In this document: positions 59,909 through 64,000 of the stretch, in pieces
Layout of the letters: every line of letters begins with the position of its first letter
Position numbering within the stretch: the first letter of the stretch is position 1
Source: Octopus sinensis
Taxonomy: Eukaryota
Length of the DNA stretch: 64,000 nucleotides
NCBI RefSeq assembly: GCF_006345805.1
Contig: NW_021833063.1
Coordinates: forward strand, 20,769-84,768
Reading direction: 5' to 3'
Notes under the pieces: generated by a model
Told to the model about the DNA's origin: nothing
Seen by the model: the letters and a program-made list of their open reading frames with translations, nothing else
The model's database searches: none
Made by a program: the position numbers and the translations under genes

Positions 59909-60216
59909 TATCTGCGTGCGTGTGTGTACATGTGTATGTATGTGTGCATATCCTATATCGACAATTATGTATCTACTTTTCTACCTCTCTCTCTATATAT
60001 ACATATACACATAAATTTATATATATATATAATTATATATATAATTATATATATATGTATATATATATAAATAATTATATATATATGTATATATATATAT
60101 ACATATATTATTATGCATATATATATATATATATGGATTATGCACACACACATATATACTTATATATATACACACATAGATATGTATGTGTAAATATGTA
60201 TGAATATTTAAATGCA

Positions 60217-60267
<51 letters not shown>

Positions 60268-60273
60268 ATATCA

Positions 60274-60336
<63 letters not shown>

Positions 60337-60649
60337 ATGGACACTGTCTTCGATTTCTGGTACAATCAATCAGTCGGGCTTCAAGCCAGTTTCCAGCTAC
60401 CCAAATTCATTCACTTTGGCTAATCCTAGGATATAGTAATATATACCCAATATACCCAATATATCACATCCTAGAATAAAAACCGGAACCTTGCAATTAC
60501 AAAAGAACTTTTTGACGATTTGAGCATTATGTTTCTGTGTATCAGTCTGGCTATTACTAATAATATCCACAACACAGAATCAATAAACCTTCATGTGTAA
60601 CCTCTGTAAGTTTCAAAACTTTTTACATTCAATATTTGGTTCTATTAAG

Positions 60650-61142
60650 GTTAGCACGCCAGGAAAAATTTTTAGCGGTTTTTCACCCGTCTTCACGTTC
60701 TGGGTTCAAAAGCCGCCGATGTCGACTTTACCTTTTATCCTTTCGGGGTCAATAAATTAAGTACTTAATCCGTTTGCCTGTTCTTGTTTGTCCCCTCTGT
60801 GTTTAGCCTCTTGTGGGTAGTAAAGAAATAGATATTTCGTCAAAGGCGGCGGGCTGGCAGAATCGTTAGCACGCAGGGCGAAATGCTTAGCGGTATTTGG
60901 TCTGCCGTTACGTTCTGAGTTCAAATTCCACCGAGGTCGACTTTGCCTTTCATCCTTTCGGGGTCAATTAAATAAGTACCAGTTACGCAGTGGGGTCGAT
61001 ATAATCGACTTAATCCGTTTGTCTGTCCTTGTTTGTCTTCTCTGTGTTTAGCCCCTTGTGGGTAATAAAGAAACAGGTATTTCACCTGTTTTCACGTTCT
61101 GGGTTCAAATGCCGCCGATGTCGACTTTGCCTTTTATTCTTT
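60650..61142 (+). mobile_element. two adjacent SINE family C copies/multimer
   Basis: Units at about 60650, 60844 (new head) and 61078. Confidence 0.85.
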
Positions 61143-61864
61143 CCAGTGGGTATAGCTTGAATGAGATTTGGTTATTATTCTTCGTGGTAATGGTGATTTG
61201 GCGTCTATGTTTAGTACATTAGGTGTCCACTTTAGTGGTCATTCCTCTTAATTTTTATATATATATATATATATAATATATCTAATATATATATATCATA
61301 GAAAGGAAATATTAGGTTGAAAAACACTTTTGGATAGAAAGCATTGAAGGCTGCCTGTGTACCTCGAACCCACATCTGTCTACAATTCCCGCAAAAGAAT
61401 TATTTCACGCTCCCTTGAAAGTTTATTAAGTCGTACGACGTTAACATGTGTGTCTGTATGTGTTTGTGTGTGTACGTGTGTGAAAATGTGTTGTTTGCAA
61501 AACAATCCATATGTGTGATGATTGAGCGAGTTAATGATTTATATTTGGTTAGCAACAGCTAAAGATATGAAATATGTTCTGGTTTTGAAATGCATTCGAG
61601 ATATGGTAAATTGTGACCTTTATGACTTACCCTAGAATATTTATCAACATAAGCGAAAAGAGACCCAATTGGGAATCGAGAGTAGTTCACAAACTCTGCC
61701 CTTATTTTACAGTCACGCTTGTCAATAAAAGTTTATTTACTTGATATATGAACCATGACGAGATAAATTGAACTAGAAAGCAAACGAGCTAACTATATGA
61801 TACATATTGTTAAACTTAACCATAATATAATAACATGTTTTGATAAATGTAGTGTTTAGCGATA

Positions 61865-62428
61865 GTTTCTAAGACAAACAGTTTCGACGGGAAAGGAATT
61901 TGTCGATATCATCGACGCAATACTTGTCTGATACTTTATTTTAGGCAATGTTGAAAGGCAAAGTTGACCACGCTGGGGGTTGAACCCAGAACATAAAGTG
62001 TCTGAAGAAATATCGATAGGCATTTTGTTTAACGTTTTAACAATTCTTATTTCTTTACTGCCCACAAGGGGCTATACGCAGAGAGGACAAACAAGGACAG
62101 ACAAACGGATGAAGTCGATTATATCGATCCCTAAAGGATGAAAGGCAAAGTCGACCTCGGCGGAATTTGAACTCAGAACGTAAAAACAAACGAAATACCT
62201 ATTTCTTTGCTACCCACAAGGGGCTAAACACAGAGGAGACAAACAAGGACAGACAAACGGATTAAGTCGATTATATCGACTCCAGTGCGTAACTGGTACT
62301 TAATTTATCGATCCCGAATGGATGAAAGACAAAGTCGACCTCGGTGGAATTTGAACTCAGAACGTAGCGGCAGACGAAATACTGCTAAGCATTTCGCCCG
62401 GCGTGCTAACATTTCTGCCAGATCACCA
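61865..62428 (-). mobile_element. SINE family C trimer (deleted middle unit)
   Basis: Head at 62428, tail about 61870. Confidence 0.85.
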
Positions 62429-62759
62429 TGTGGATGGGCATATGTGTATGTTTGTGTGTGTATATGTATGTGTGCCCAAGCGTATATACCTGTGTACAGG
62501 TGCGTGTGTGTGAGAATGTATTGAGTGCGTTTTTACGTTCGGAGTTCAAATTCTGCCAAGGTGGGACTCGAAATTCGAAATTACTGGCCTTGTGCTTATA
62601 GTAGAGAGAAATGTTGCTGCTGTTGTTGATAATGAACAATTCGTTTCTTGTTTGTACTGTTGTCCTTGCTGCAAATCACTGAGAATGTCACTGCTGTCTC
62701 CTTCTTTCAATCAGGACTCACACAATTAGCCACAAAGAATAATCTCTAATTCGAGCCTA

Positions 62760-63153
62760 CTCTAAGCTACTAAAAATGCGTGTGCAACTTGAAGATCCAC
62801 CAGCCACACGTGTTAGACTGGCGGTTGCATAGGCGCGTAAGCTACGTTGTTATCCTCATTCCGTAAACGGTGGCTTTTAACGGGTGGAGAGCTGAACCAT
62901 CTTGGGTTACAGAAGATTCGTAATCTAAACTGGGGTCTGAAAGTTTTACCACGCCGTAGTGGGTTACACCATGGTTCCTCTACAATGTGGCAGAAGTAAG
63001 AAGAAAGAATGAGAGAAAGTTGTAGAGCTTAGAAAGTCGTGGAGCTTTGGTGTTTTCGCTCAATAAACACTTACAATGCCCGGTCTGGGAATCGACACCG
63101 CGTTCTTACGACCGCGAGTCCGCTGCCCTAACCACTGGGCCATTGCGCCTCCA
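62760..63153 (-). mobile_element. SINE family B with a distinct tail
   Basis: Head gtggaggcgcaatggcccagtggttagggcagcggactcgcgg, core acaactttctctcattct, then a tail not seen in the other copies. Confidence 0.75.
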
Positions 63154-63439
63154 CTTGTCACTACTGTTGCTTCCCATGGCTAATGTTGTTGCTCGATTGT
63201 GTTATTATTGATTTTGTTACTGTTGACGTTATTTATGTTGTTCTTGCAATTGTTGTATTGCTGTTTATATTAGCTGTGCCGTTGTTGTTGTTGTTGTTAT
63301 TGTTCTTGTCGCACTGGTTGTATATGGATCCACATTCATTGTTTTGTTCGTGTTGTTGTTGCTGTTAGTGTTGTTAAATTGGGCCTTTTGAGTCGGTGTT
63401 GTTTCGTCCTCAGCGTCGCCCTCCTCTCCATGAAGTACA

Positions 63440-64000
63440 AGTATGTGCAAGTATGTATGTATGTATGTATGTATGTATGTATGTATGTATGTATGTATGT
63501 ATGTATGTATGTATGTATGTGTTTGCATGTGTATCTGTGTTTGAGCCCATGTATATGTACATGTGTATGTGTATCTGAGTGTGTATGTGCACATGCGTAT
63601 GTGTATCTGAGTGTGTGAACGTGTACATGAGTATGTGTGTGTATGTGTGTGTGTGTCATCTGTATTTGGGAGCACTTGTATGTACGTGTGTATGTACATC
63701 CGTGCGTGTGTGTGCATGTGTGTATGTGTATCTGAGCGAGTATGTTCGTGTGTGAGCGTGTGCATGTGATAGTCTTCGTATATGTGTATATGTGTGCATA
63801 TTTGTGCGTGAGTATGTGGATGGATTTATGTGTATGTTTGTGTGCCCAAGCGTTTATACGTGTGTACGGGTGCGTATGTATGAGAATGTATTGTGTGCGT
63901 ATGTGTGTGTATATGTACATATGTTTGTCAGTGTACGTATGTGTATGTGCATGCGTATCCATGTGAGTGTGTGGTGGCGTAATGTATGAGAAAGCCTTAA
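63440..64000. repeat. (ATGT)n and degenerate (GT/AT) low-complexity repeat
   Basis: Direct reading. Confidence 0.9.

Overview
Repeat-saturated, AT-rich animal genomic DNA. It is most likely Octopus/cephalopod: this is inferred from the tRNA-derived SINE families and repeat landscape as I recall them, not from a database search. The only protein-coding gene I can support is a single 858-nt terminal exon of FANCL (2104-2961, +), whose N-terminal exon(s) must lie upstream of the window. Nearly all long ORFs in the supplied track are microsatellite artefacts. The rest is three tRNA-headed SINE groups (about 40 copies), mariner deletion derivatives, piggyBac-type and unclassified MITEs, non-autonomous Helitrons, Penelope-like termini with hammerhead-like motifs, and fragments of Tx1/L1, RTE, CR1/L2 and R4/Dong-type LINEs. 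The highlights are: (1) a TSD-bounded SINE-head/U6 snRNA/oligo-A/SINE chimeric retro-insertion at 19240-19816; (2) a roughly 3.3-kb (TAA)n 'landing pad' built by serial insertions; (3) SINEs inserted as head-once, body-repeated tandem multimers; (4) a cUUCGg-capped multi-stem RNA in a LINE-like 5' region at about 44.9 kb; (5) a Penelope-type hammerhead-like motif with a non-canonical CUGUAGA core in two copies; (6) an X-box/ETS promoter-like island at about 47.7 kb with unassigned candidate exons. Most repeat boundaries are approximate (+/- 10-20 nt).
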